Assembly (NCBI GenBank): GCA_035538335.1
Contig: DATLKN010000025.1
Location: 42,611-106,610 of the forward strand
Source: Stellaceae bacterium
GTDB taxonomy: Bacteria; Pseudomonadota; Alphaproteobacteria; ATCC43930; CGMCC-115725
Direction: 5' to 3'
Length of the DNA stretch: 64,000 bases
Positions 9,474 through 19,952 of this stretch are shown here, one piece after another; the stretch's first letter is position 1, and each line of letters starts with the position of its first letter. The position numbers and the translations under genes are program-made. A model generated the notes under the pieces. That model worked only from the letters and a program-made list of their open reading frames with translations. It did no database searches and was not told the origin of the DNA.

Positions 9474-10478
9474 GTGGCCGCATCGCTTCCGAGGATCGCC
9501 GTCATCGGCACCGGCGGCACAATTTCCTCGCTGGCGGATTCGAGCCTCGACGTCCTCGACTATCCCGATTTCGGGCAAAAGCTCGATGCCGCCTCGCTCG
9601 TCGCGCGGTTCGCCGAGACCCGGCGCGTGGCCGACCCGGTCCTGCATACCTTCCGCCAGGTCGGCAGCACCGCGATCGGTCCCTCCGAGTGGCTGGGGCT
9701 GCGGGCGCTGATCAGCGAGATCGCCGCCAAGGATCCCGAGATCGCCGGCTTTGTCGTCCCGCACGGCACCGCAACCCTCGAGGAAACGGCGTTTTTCCTG
9801 AACCTTACGCTCGACGTGACGCAGCCCGTCGTGCTCGTCGGCGCGCAGCGTCCGGCGAGCGCCCTCGGCACCGACGCCGGCATGAACTTGGTGGCGGCGT
9901 TGCGCGTCGCCGGCGCGGCGGCGGCGCGCGGCAAGGGGGTGCTCGTCGTGCTCAACGACGAGATCCACGCGGCGCGCGACGTCGTCAAAACCTCGACCTA
10001 TCGGCTGCAAACCTTCCGCAGCCTCGATTTCGGCGCGCTCGGCCATGTCGACGGCGACGGCGTGCATTTCTATCGCGCGCCGGCCCGCCCGCACATGCCG
10101 GACACCGCCTTTGCCGGCATCGAGCTGACGGATCTGCCGCGCGTCGACATCGTCTATTCCTACGCCGGCGCCGACGGCGCGCTCGTCGAGGCGGCCGTCG
10201 CCGCCGGAGCGAAGGGCATCGTCTCGGCTGGCTTCGCGCCCGGCATGCCGACGGGGCTGCAGAGCAGGGCGCTCGAGGAAGCGGCGAGAGCGGGCGTCGT
10301 CGTCGTGCAGGCGAGCCGTGCCGCCAGCGGCCGGGTCGCGCCGCGCCGGCGCCTCGCCGAGAAAGGCATCATCGCCGGCGAGGATTTCTCGCCGCAAAAG
10401 GCCCGCATCCTGTTGATGCTGGCGTTGTCGGCGACGCCCGACCGGACGGCGATCGCGGAGATGTTCGCGGCCTATTAA
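9474..10478 (+). CDS. L-asparaginase (type II-like, no obvious signal peptide)
   Basis: IAVIGTGGTISS (TGGTI threonine motif), HGTATLEETAFFL, VVLVGAQRP. GTG start 14 nt after the LivF-like stop. Confidence 0.85.
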   Translation: MAASLPRIAVIGTGGTISSLADSSLDVLDYPDFGQKLDAASLVARFAETRRVADPVLHTFRQVGSTAIGPSEWLGLRALISEIAAKDPEIAGFVVPHGTATLEETAFFLNLTLDVTQPVVLVGAQRPASALGTDAGMNLVAALRVAGAAAARGKGVLVVLNDEIHAARDVVKTSTYRLQTFRSLDFGALGHVDGDGVHFYRAPARPHMPDTAFAGIELTDLPRVDIVYSYAGADGALVEAAVAAGAKGIVSAGFAPGMPTGLQSRALEEAARAGVVVVQASRAASGRVAPRRRLAEKGIIAGEDFSPQKARILLMLALSATPDRTAIAEMFAAY

Positions 10479-10564
10479 TTCAGTTCGGCGATTTATCGCG
10501 GTGCATGAGATCGTCGTTCGTGCCGCGGCGCCGTGGGCCACGGCTCTCGGACGATGGAATATAT

Positions 10565-11311
10565 CTACCGCGCCAAGTAGCCGCCATCGACCGGCAGCGT
10601 GACGCCGGTGACGTAGCGTGCGAGGTCGGAGGCGAGAAACACCGCCGGCCCGGCAATGTCTTCGGGGGCGCCGATCCTCCCCATCGGAATGCGCTCGCCG
10701 AAATTTTTCATGTAGTCGGGGTTCTCGCGCGCCTTGGCGTTGAGGGGTGTGGCGATCATGCCGGGGCCGATCGCGTTGACGCGCACCCCCTTCGGCGACA
10801 ATTCGATCGCCAGCGCCTGCGTCAGCGCCCGCACGCCGCCCTTCGAGGTCGTGTAGGCGGCCGAGTTCGGCAGCGCGACGAAGGACTGGACCGAACCGAT
10901 GTTGACGACCGCCGCCTTCGTCTCGACGAGCTGGTCGAGAAAGGCTGTCACCATGTTGTAGGGCCCGTCGAGATTGACTGCCAGCGTCGCGTCCCAGTCG
11001 GCCCGCGCGTTCGCGTCCTCGACCCTGCCGCGGCGGATGATGCCGGCATTGTTGACGAGCACCGAAATGGGGCCGGCGGCGCGCCGCACCTCGGCGGCGA
11101 GAGCGTCGCAGGCGGCGCGGTCGGCGACGTCGCAGGCGAAGTGCAAGGCCGTGTTGCCGACCGCGCGGGCAGTCCTTGCCGCCGCCTCGCCGTTGATGTC
11201 GACTGCGACGAGGCGCGCGCCCTGTTTCGCCATGGCGAAGCTGATCGCCTCGCCGATCCCCGATCCGGCACCCGTCACCAGCGCCAGCCGGCCCTCGAGC
11301 AAGCCCGGCAT
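10565..11311 (-). CDS. SDR-family oxidoreductase
   Basis: TGAGSGIG dinucleotide motif, NNAG, and the catalytic YTTSKGG (YxxxK). Confidence 0.9.
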   Translation of the reverse strand: MPGLLEGRLALVTGAGSGIGEAISFAMAKQGARLVAVDINGEAAARTARAVGNTALHFACDVADRAACDALAAEVRRAAGPISVLVNNAGIIRRGRVEDANARADWDATLAVNLDGPYNMVTAFLDQLVETKAAVVNIGSVQSFVALPNSAAYTTSKGGVRALTQALAIELSPKGVRVNAIGPGMIATPLNAKARENPDYMKNFGERIPMGRIGAPEDIAGPAVFLASDLARYVTGVTLPVDGGYLAR

Positions 11312-11348
11312 CGCTTCCTCCTCTCGATTGTCTCGTCCCCTCCCATTT

Positions 11349-11385
11349 CCTCCCCCGCTTGCGGGGGAGGGCTAGGGTGGGGGTG
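11349..11385. repeat. Repeat family A copy (hairpin plus half arm)
   Basis: CCTCCCCCGCTTGCGGGGGAGGGCTAGGGTGGGGGTG. Lies between the stop of the 11386 gene and the start of the SDR gene on the same strand. Confidence 0.7.
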
Positions 11386-12351
11386 TTACATCGGCGGCTG
11401 CGCCAGGCGACGAGCGCGGCGCTTTGCAAAGGCCGAGGCGGCCGGCGCGACCTTCGGCGCCGCCACGACCTTTTCGTTCGCCACCGGCAGCGCCCAGTTC
11501 CACTGGTCGGCGCCCTGCTGGTAGCAGCGGTTGGTCTGCGCCGTGTTGCGGTTGACGAGCGGGCGGCCGTAGAGCGGGTGCGTCACGCTGCGCACCTCGT
11601 GCTCGATCGTGAACAGGCACTTGCCGGTGTCGAGATCGACGATGTCCTGGAAGCGGTACTGGTACTGGTCGCTTTCCTCGGTGATGAGGCCGCGCTCCTC
11701 GAGGCAATCGTGCGGCGCCGAGAAGTTCTCGACATAGACCTGCAGATGGTGGCCGTCGAACTCAGGCAGTTTGCGGTCGGTCTCGCGGAAGATGAGGCAC
11801 TGGTTCTTGCCGACCATGATGCGGGCGAGCTGGTCGCCGCCGTTCTCGACCGTGGCGATCGCGCCCAAGACCTCGCGGTAGAAGCGGGCGATGCGCTCGG
11901 CCGTGCCTTCCGGCACGTCGAACTCGACATAGGGCATGCCGAGGTTGACCGGGCCGAAACGCTCGCGGTCGGGGGCGTAGAGGTGGAACTTGTTGCCCCA
12001 GGGGCAGGTCGCCTCGACGTAGTCGTTGTGCTCCTTGCAGGCGAATTTGGTGTCGGCGAGCGCCTTCTTGACGCCGGACAGCCGCGCCAGCAGCTGTTCG
12101 AGATCGGGGACGACGAGGCCGGTGTGGCCGCGCAGCACGAGCGCGTCGCCAGTCGGCAGATGGAACTGGCTCTTGCCGACATTGACCCACATGTTGTTGG
12201 TGCCCGGGAAGAGGTACGGGTCGCGCGTCAGCCCGAGCCCTGTCAGATAGAATTCGGATGCCAGCTGCTGGCTCGGGATCTCGACATTGACATGCTCGAG
12301 CATGACGATATTGCCGAGATCCTCCTTTGAACGGTCATAAGGGTTTTCCAT
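11386..12351 (-). CDS. Two-module VOC (glyoxalase/dioxygenase-fold)-like protein of unknown function
   Basis: Two beta-alpha-beta-beta-beta-like modules: MLEHVNVEIP...EFYLTGLGL and MPYVEFDVPEGTAERIARFYREVLGA, with candidate metal ligands HHLQVYV and TIEHEV. Function not recognised. Confidence 0.65.
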   Translation of the reverse strand: MENPYDRSKEDLGNIVMLEHVNVEIPSQQLASEFYLTGLGLTRDPYLFPGTNNMWVNVGKSQFHLPTGDALVLRGHTGLVVPDLEQLLARLSGVKKALADTKFACKEHNDYVEATCPWGNKFHLYAPDRERFGPVNLGMPYVEFDVPEGTAERIARFYREVLGAIATVENGGDQLARIMVGKNQCLIFRETDRKLPEFDGHHLQVYVENFSAPHDCLEERGLITEESDQYQYRFQDIVDLDTGKCLFTIEHEVRSVTHPLYGRPLVNRNTAQTNRCYQQGADQWNWALPVANEKVVAAPKVAPAASAFAKRRARRLAQPPM

Positions 12352-12390
12352 TTTTCCCTCCGCTATTGGCGCTGCAAGCGTATGCCGCCA

Positions 12391-12780
12391 TCAAAACAGC
12401 TTTTCGAACCTCTCGTCCACCGGGACGCGATAGGCATCGGCGAGCCGGTTGGTCTCGTTGGCCATGCCGACGATCGCCATGACTTCGCCGAACATCTCTT
12501 GTGTCATGCCCTGCCGCTTCGCGGCGGCGGCATGCGAGTGGGTGCAATAGACGCAGCCGTTGCTGGCGCTGACCGCGAGATAGAGCAGCTCCTTCGTGAA
12601 GGGATCGAGGGTGCCCGGCGCCATCACTTCTTGCAGGCTCTCCCAGGTGCGCTTCAAGCTCGGTGGGTGATTGGCGAGCGCCTTCCAGAAATTGTTGATC
12701 CAGCCGCGAGCTTCCAAGATCTCGTCGAAGACGGCGCGCGCCTCGGGTCCGGCATCCTCGTATTCGACGAGTGGCATCAT
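12391..12780 (-). CDS. Carboxymuconolactone decarboxylase / AhpD-like family protein
   Basis: CVYCTHSH (CxxC-H) motif in a ~129-aa all-helical-looking protein. ATGA start/stop overlap with the upstream DUF962 gene. Confidence 0.85.
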   Translation of the reverse strand: MMPLVEYEDAGPEARAVFDEILEARGWINNFWKALANHPPSLKRTWESLQEVMAPGTLDPFTKELLYLAVSASNGCVYCTHSHAAAAKRQGMTQEMFGEVMAIVGMANETNRLADAYRVPVDERFEKLF

Positions 12781-13163
12781 CCCTCTTTCTCCTGCGCGAT
12801 CCCCTGGCGCCGCAACTCGCCGCCGAGCTGGCCCGAAAGAAAGAGCCCCAGCATGCGAAAGTCGCTAAAGAGCGACCAGAAGGGGTGGCCGAATGTCGCC
12901 GGCCGGTTGCCCTCGAAGCCGAAATGGCCGACCCAGGCGAAGGCATAGCCGAGGATCGGCGACAAAATGATAAAGCGCCAGTCATGGCCGAGGCCCCAGG
13001 CGAGCGCGACAAGCGCCGCCAGTGTGCCCATATAATGGAGGCCGCGCGTCCGCGCGTCGCGGTGGGCGCGCAAATAATGGCCCCAGAATTCGCCGTAGCT
13101 CATCGCCCGATCAAGGAGCGGCGCGGCGGTGCTTGTCAAGCGCACTGCCGCATCGTAAGTCAA
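12777..13163 (-). CDS. DUF962 (Mpo1/YGL010w-like) membrane protein
   Basis: FWGHYLRAHRDARTRGLHYMGT...GYAFAWVGHFGFEGNRPATFGHPFWS matches the DUF962 pattern. Confidence 0.75.
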   Translation of the reverse strand: MTYDAAVRLTSTAAPLLDRAMSYGEFWGHYLRAHRDARTRGLHYMGTLAALVALAWGLGHDWRFIILSPILGYAFAWVGHFGFEGNRPATFGHPFWSLFSDFRMLGLFLSGQLGGELRRQGIAQEKEG

Positions 13164-13199
13164 CGCATCTTCTCACCCTCGCCCTCGGGAGTCGCGCAT

Positions 13200-14261
13200 A
13201 TGGGGTTCAAAGTCGCCGTCGTCGGCGCCACCGGCAATGTCGGGCGCGAGATGCTCGCGACGCTCGCCGAGCGCCGCTTTCCGGCCGACGAGGTCGTGGC
13301 GCTCGCCTCCTCGCGCTCGATTGGCAGGGAAGTCTCGTTCGGCGAAGACGACATTCTGCGGGTCCAGGATCTCGACACCTTCGATTTCCGCGGCATCGAT
13401 ATCGTGCTGTCCTCGCCCGGCGCCAAGGTGGCGGCGGTCTTCGCGCCGCGCGCCGTCAAGGCCGGCGCCATCATCATCGACAATACCTCGCAGTTCCGCA
13501 TGGACCCGGACGTCCCGCTCGTCGTGCCCGAGGTCAATCCGCAGGCGATCGCGCAATACGAAAAGCGCGGCATCATTTCGAACCCGAACTGCTCGACGAT
13601 CCAGATGGTCGTCGCGCTGAAGCCGCTGCACGATCTGGCGCGCGTCAAGCGGGTCGTCGTCGCCACCTATCAATCGGCCTCGGGCGCCGGGCGCGCGGCG
13701 ATGGACGAGCTGTTCAGCCAGACGCGGGCGATCTACGTCAACGATCCGATCAAACCCGAACGCTTTCCGAAGCAGATCGCCTTCAACGTCATCCCGCAAC
13801 GCGACATCTTTATGGATGACGGGAACACCAAGGAAGAATGGAAGATGGCGGTCGAGACCCGCAAGATCCTCGATCCCGACATCGCGGTAACCGCAACTTG
13901 CGTCAGCGTGCCGGTGTTCATCGCGCATGCCGAGGCGATCAATGTCGAGTTTGAGCGGCCGATCGGCGAGGAGGAGGCGCGCGAAGCCTTGCGCCGCGCC
14001 CCCGGCGTGACCGTCGTCGACCACCGCGTCGAGGAGCGCTATGTGACGCCGGCCGAGGCGGCGGGAGAGGATGCCGTCTATGTGAGCCGCATTCGCCGCG
14101 ACCCCACCGTGCGGCACGGCCTCAACATGTGGATCGTCGCCGACAATTTGCGCAAGGGCGCCGCGCTCAACGCGGTGCAGATCGCCGAGCATCTCGTCGA
14201 GCGGCATCTCGGCGGCCGGCGGCGCTCGAATATCGAGCCGCTGCGCCGCAACGCCGGGTAA
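13200..14261 (+). CDS. asd: Aspartate-semialdehyde dehydrogenase
   Basis: MGFKVAVVGATGNVGREM..., active-site NPNCSTIQMV, SASGAG. The upstream 143 codons of the track ORF overlap the minus-strand genes and were rejected. Confidence 0.95.
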   Translation: MGFKVAVVGATGNVGREMLATLAERRFPADEVVALASSRSIGREVSFGEDDILRVQDLDTFDFRGIDIVLSSPGAKVAAVFAPRAVKAGAIIIDNTSQFRMDPDVPLVVPEVNPQAIAQYEKRGIISNPNCSTIQMVVALKPLHDLARVKRVVVATYQSASGAGRAAMDELFSQTRAIYVNDPIKPERFPKQIAFNVIPQRDIFMDDGNTKEEWKMAVETRKILDPDIAVTATCVSVPVFIAHAEAINVEFERPIGEEEAREALRRAPGVTVVDHRVEERYVTPAEAAGEDAVYVSRIRRDPTVRHGLNMWIVADNLRKGAALNAVQIAEHLVERHLGGRRRSNIEPLRRNAG

Positions 14262-14290
14262 GATTGCCCCCCGCGTCCCATCCCTTATTT

Positions 14291-14375
14291 CTCGTCGCCC
14301 CCGCGAACGCGGGGGTCCAGGGCCGGAAGTCCGGGCCTTGCAACCCTGGATTCCCACTTGCGCGGGAATGACGAG
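14291..14375. repeat. REP/MITE-like stem-loop element (repeat family B)
   Basis: CTCGTC..CCCCCGCGAACGCGGGGG..GGCCGGAAGTCCGGGCC..TTCCCACTTGCGCGGGAA..GACGAG, with terminal inverted CTCGTC/GACGAG. Confidence 0.75.
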
Positions 14376-14395
14376 GAGTTGATGACCGACCGCGG

Positions 14396-15471
14396 ATGAC
14401 GGCGCAATTCGAGGGCGCGCAACGGCGGGCGGGAGACCGGTTTCTCGGGCGGCGGATCACGCCGCTCACCCGTCGGCGGCTCGAAGCCTTTCGCCGCAAC
14501 CGGCGCGGCTTCTGGTCGCTGTGGGTCTTCCTCGCCTTGTTCGGCCTCAGCCTCTTCGCCGAGTTCATCGCCAACGACCGGCCGCTCGTCATCCGCTACG
14601 ACCATTCCTGGTACTTCCCGGTCGTCCAGAACTACCCCGAGACCGCCTTCGGCGGCGTCTTCCCGACGGCCGCCGATTACCGCGACCCGGAAGTGCGCAA
14701 GCTGATCGAGGAAAAGGGTTGGATGATCTGGCCGCCGATCCCGTTCAGCTACGGCACGATCAACTACCACCTGCCGAGCCCCGCCCCCTCGCCGCCATCG
14801 AGCGTCGATTGGCTCGGCACCGACGACCAGGGCCGCGACGTGCTGGCGCGCCTCATCTACGGCTTTCGCATCTCGGTGTTGTTCGGCCTCGTGCTGACCA
14901 TCCTGTCCTCGATCGTCGGGGTCGCGGCCGGCGCGGTGCAGGGCTATTTCGGCGGCCTCGTCGATCTCGGCTTTCAGCGCTTCATCGAGATCTGGGGCGG
15001 GCTGCCGGTGCTCTATCTGCTGATCATCCTGGCGAGCTTCGTCGAGCCGAATTTCTGGTGGCTGTTGGGTTTGATGCTGCTCTTCTCGTGGACGAGCCTC
15101 GTCGATGTCGTGCGCGCCGAGTTCCTGCGGGCGCGCAATTTCGATTATGTTCGGGCCGCGCGGGCGCTCGGCGTCCCCAACCGCACGATCATCCTGCGCC
15201 ACGTGCTGCCGAACGCGACGGTGGCGACGATCACCTTTCTGCCTTTCGTCCTCAACGGCTCGATCACGACCTTGACCTCGCTCGACTTCCTCGGCTTCGG
15301 CCTGCCGCCGGGCTCGCCGTCGCTGGGCGAGCTGCTCTCCGAGGGGAAAGCAAATCTGCAGGCGCCGTGGCTCGGCATCACCTCCTTTCTCGTTCTCGCC
15401 GTGATGCTGAGCCTCCTCATCTTCATCGGCGAGGCGGTACGCGACGCCTTCGACCCGCGCAAGGTGCAGCT

Positions 15472-15475
<4 letters not shown>
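14396..15475 (+). CDS. yejE: Microcin C / peptide ABC transporter permease YejE
   Basis: Near-colinear with E. coli YejE: FRRNRRGFWSLWVFLALFGLSLFAEFIANDRPL..., NFDYVRAARALGV, LGFGLPPGSPSLGELL, GEAVRDAFDPRK. Confidence 0.9.
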
Positions 15476-17112
<1,637 letters not shown>

Positions 17113-17128
17113 ACTTGGCGTTCAGCCG

Positions 17129-18988
17129 ATGGATCCGGGCGTGTGGAGAGCGGCGCAGGCGCTGATGCCTCGCCTTTTCGGCCGACCTCAAGGGCCGCCG
17201 CGCAACGACTCGTCCACTCAGCGCCCGCCAGTTCGGTTGAGCTGGTCATGGCGCGGGCTGCTTGCGGTTTCGGTCGCGGTGCCGCTGGCGCTGCTGGGGA
17301 TCACCGTCGGCCAGAACTATCGCACGATCGAGAAGGCGGCCGAGACGCGCGTCCGGCAGACCGTGGACGAGATGCGCGAGCAGGCGTTCGAGGCGTTTGC
17401 GGCGTATGCCATCGTGCTGGCGCGCACCGACGACCGGATCCACGGGCTCGACTGGCGGGAGGTCGAAACCAGCCGGCGCCTGCATCGCTTCCTCGCCGAT
17501 CTTGGCACGCTGCCGCGGGTCGATGCGGTATCGATCGCCGACGAGGGCGGGCGCGTTCGGGCGAGCGGCCGCTTTTTCCCGGCACCGCAATCGAGCATCG
17601 CCGACCGCGATTATTTCATCGTCCAGAAGGCGCGCAATGCCGGCATCTTCGTCGGCCTGCCACATATGGGGCGGCTCGACCACAAGGTGCAATTCGACGT
17701 CAGCCGGCGGCGCACGGCACCGGGCGGCGGCTTCGGCGGGATCGTCGTCGTGTCGGCGAGAGCGAGCCATTTCAGCAAGTTCTACGGTACCCTGTCGCGC
17801 GAGGAAGGGTTCACGGCGCTGCTGCTGCGCCGCGACGGCCGCGTTATCGTTCGCTATCCGGCCGATCCCGCGGCAGCCCGATTTTCGCCGCCCGCGGCAC
17901 TGCTGCGGGCGATGGCCGACGATCCGGAAAAGGGGCTTTTGCGCGCACGCTCGCAAGTCGACGGCACCAGCCGCATCTACGGCTATGAGCGGGTCGCCGA
18001 ATATCCGGTCTATGTCGTCTACGGCATACCGGTGAGGGGCGTAGAAGCCGCATGGTGGGCCAACCTCGTTAGCTATCTGGTGTTCGCCGCCCCGGCCTCG
18101 CTGGCGCTTTTTCTGATGACCCTCTTCGCCGCGCGGCAACTGTTGCGGCAGCAGTTCGCTACCTGGCGGTGGCGCAGCACCGCCCGCCGGCTGCGCCGCG
18201 AGGCCGACCGCCGGGCGCATACCGAAGCGGAGCTGCGGCAGTCGCAGAAGATGGAGGCGCTGGGCCAGCTGACGGGCGGCGTCGCGCACGATTTCAACAA
18301 TCTGCTGACCGTGCTGCAGGGCACCCTCGAAATCCTCGCCACGCAGGTGACGGAGCGGGGCCCGCAGGCGAAGATCGCGCAGGCGCTGAAGACGATCGAG
18401 CGCGGCGAACAGCTGACGGCGCAGCTTCTCGCCTTCGCGCGGCGCCAGCCGCTCGTCATCAGAAGCCTCGACCTCAACGCCGAACTGCGCGGCATGGCCG
18501 AGCTGCTGGCCCGCACGGTCGGCGGCAGGATCAGCCTCGAAACCGAATTCGCGGCCGATTTGTGGCCGGCGCAGGCCGACGCCAACCAGCTTGAACTCGC
18601 GGTCATCAATCTGGCGATCAACGCGCGCGACGCGATGCCCGAGGGCGGCAGGCTGCGCATCCGCACCTTCAACCAGCCGCGCCGCGCCGGGCACGGCCCG
18701 CAACCGCGCGACCTCGTCGCGCTCGAGATTTCAGACGGCGGAACGGGAATGCCGGCAGAGGTGCTGAGCCGCGCCTTCGAGCCCTTCTTCACAACGAAGG
18801 AGCCCGGGCGCGGCACCGGGCTCGGGCTCAGCATGGTCTACGACTTCGCGCGGCGCAGTGGCGGGACGGCGACGATCGACAGCGAAGTCGGGCGCGGCAC
18901 GCGGGTCACCGTGCTGTTGCCGCGCGGCGAAGCGCCCGCGCCACCGGCGGCCGAGCAAACGGGCTTGCCGGAACCCGGCAGAGCGTGA
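17129..18988 (+). CDS. Membrane sensor histidine kinase with a periplasmic Cache-like domain; no receiver domain
   Basis: Two TM segments flank a ~250-aa periplasmic region. HisKA box KMEALGQLTGGVAHDFNNLL. HATPase N/G boxes (INARDAM, GTGLGLSMV). The exact start is uncertain. Confidence 0.85.
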   Translation: MDPGVWRAAQALMPRLFGRPQGPPRNDSSTQRPPVRLSWSWRGLLAVSVAVPLALLGITVGQNYRTIEKAAETRVRQTVDEMREQAFEAFAAYAIVLARTDDRIHGLDWREVETSRRLHRFLADLGTLPRVDAVSIADEGGRVRASGRFFPAPQSSIADRDYFIVQKARNAGIFVGLPHMGRLDHKVQFDVSRRRTAPGGGFGGIVVVSARASHFSKFYGTLSREEGFTALLLRRDGRVIVRYPADPAAARFSPPAALLRAMADDPEKGLLRARSQVDGTSRIYGYERVAEYPVYVVYGIPVRGVEAAWWANLVSYLVFAAPASLALFLMTLFAARQLLRQQFATWRWRSTARRLRREADRRAHTEAELRQSQKMEALGQLTGGVAHDFNNLLTVLQGTLEILATQVTERGPQAKIAQALKTIERGEQLTAQLLAFARRQPLVIRSLDLNAELRGMAELLARTVGGRISLETEFAADLWPAQADANQLELAVINLAINARDAMPEGGRLRIRTFNQPRRAGHGPQPRDLVALEISDGGTGMPAEVLSRAFEPFFTTKEPGRGTGLGLSMVYDFARRSGGTATIDSEVGRGTRVTVLLPRGEAPAPPAAEQTGLPEPGRA

Positions 18989-19028
18989 AACTCTGAGGCT
19001 TCGGGCGATACCAGCGAAAGGGCGGGAA

Positions 19029-19952
19029 ATGCGCATCGTCATCGTCGGTCAACAGGCCTTCGGCAAGGCCGTGCTCGACGCGTTCCTGCAGCGCGGCGAC
19101 GACATCGCCGGCGTGTTCGCGGCGCCGGAGCGGCCGGGCGCGCGGCCCGACGCGCTCGTCGCGGCGGCCGAGGAGAAGGGCCTGCCGGTGTTTCGCTTTC
19201 CCAAATATTCCAGCCCCGAGGCATTGAAGGCGCTCGCCGACCTCGATGCCGATCTCGGCGTCATGGCCTATGTGCTGATCTTTGCGCCGCCCGAATTCTG
19301 CGCCGTGCCGCGGCACGGCATGATCCAGTTCCATCCCTCGCTCTTGCCGCTGCACCGCGGCCCCTCCTCGATCCCGTGGGCGATCATCCGCGGCCGCAAG
19401 GAGACGGGGCTCTCGATCTTCCGCCCGACGCCGGGGCTCGACGAAGGCCCGGTCATCCTGCAAAAGCGGGTGGCGATCGGTGCGGACGACACCGCCGGCT
19501 CGCTCTATTTCGACAAGATCTTTCCGCTCGGCGTCGAGGCGCTGGTCGAGGCTGCCGACCTCGTCGTCGCGGGCCGCGCGACCGAAAGCACGCAGGACGA
19601 AAGAGAGGCCACCTACGAGGGGTGGCTGCGCGAGGCGGAATCGCGCATCAACTGGGCGAACCACATCGATTTCGTCTACGATTTGATCCGCGGCTGCAAC
19701 CCGGCGCCGGGCGCCTGGACGCTCTTCGGCGACAAGAAGCTCTACCTGTTCGACGCGAAAAAGATCGTCGCTGCGACCTTCGGCGCGGTGCGAGGCTGCC
19801 GGATCGGCGAAGTCACCGCCGCGGGCGAGGAAGGCATTCGCATCCACGCGCAAGGCGGCTTCGTCGAGGTGTCGCGCGTGCGCCTCGAGCTGGGGCCCAA
19901 GATCAAGGCGAGCGAGGCGGGGATCGCGCAGGGGACAGTTCTCGGCGGCTAG
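19029..19952 (+). CDS. Formyltransferase-family protein (Fmt/ArnA-N-like)
   Basis: MRIVIVGQQAFG..., catalytic motif FHPSLLPLHRGPSSI, and a C-terminal Fmt-like domain. ATG at 19029. Confidence 0.8.
   Translation: MRIVIVGQQAFGKAVLDAFLQRGDDIAGVFAAPERPGARPDALVAAAEEKGLPVFRFPKYSSPEALKALADLDADLGVMAYVLIFAPPEFCAVPRHGMIQFHPSLLPLHRGPSSIPWAIIRGRKETGLSIFRPTPGLDEGPVILQKRVAIGADDTAGSLYFDKIFPLGVEALVEAADLVVAGRATESTQDEREATYEGWLREAESRINWANHIDFVYDLIRGCNPAPGAWTLFGDKKLYLFDAKKIVAATFGAVRGCRIGEVTAAGEEGIRIHAQGGFVEVSRVRLELGPKIKASEAGIAQGTVLGG

Noticed and set aside
10520-10556. Bidirectional terminator between the asparaginase and SDR genes (GCCGTGG-G-CCACGGC).
   Set aside because: The loop is too small for the full stem, there is no T-tract on either strand, and the flanking complementarity is imperfect. 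It is too weak to call.
12771-13199. 5' extensions of asd (496-aa ORF). Similar cases: yejF (14521-15471), aceB (45205-46056), smc (56162-56365), LivH (5025-5192), the binding protein (7105-7221), puuE (41625-41816) and the MetE-like gene (37380-37541).
   Set aside because: The extensions overlap neighbouring real genes or repeat elements, lack similarity to the respective families, and have internal starts with ribosome-binding sites at the positions where family homology begins.
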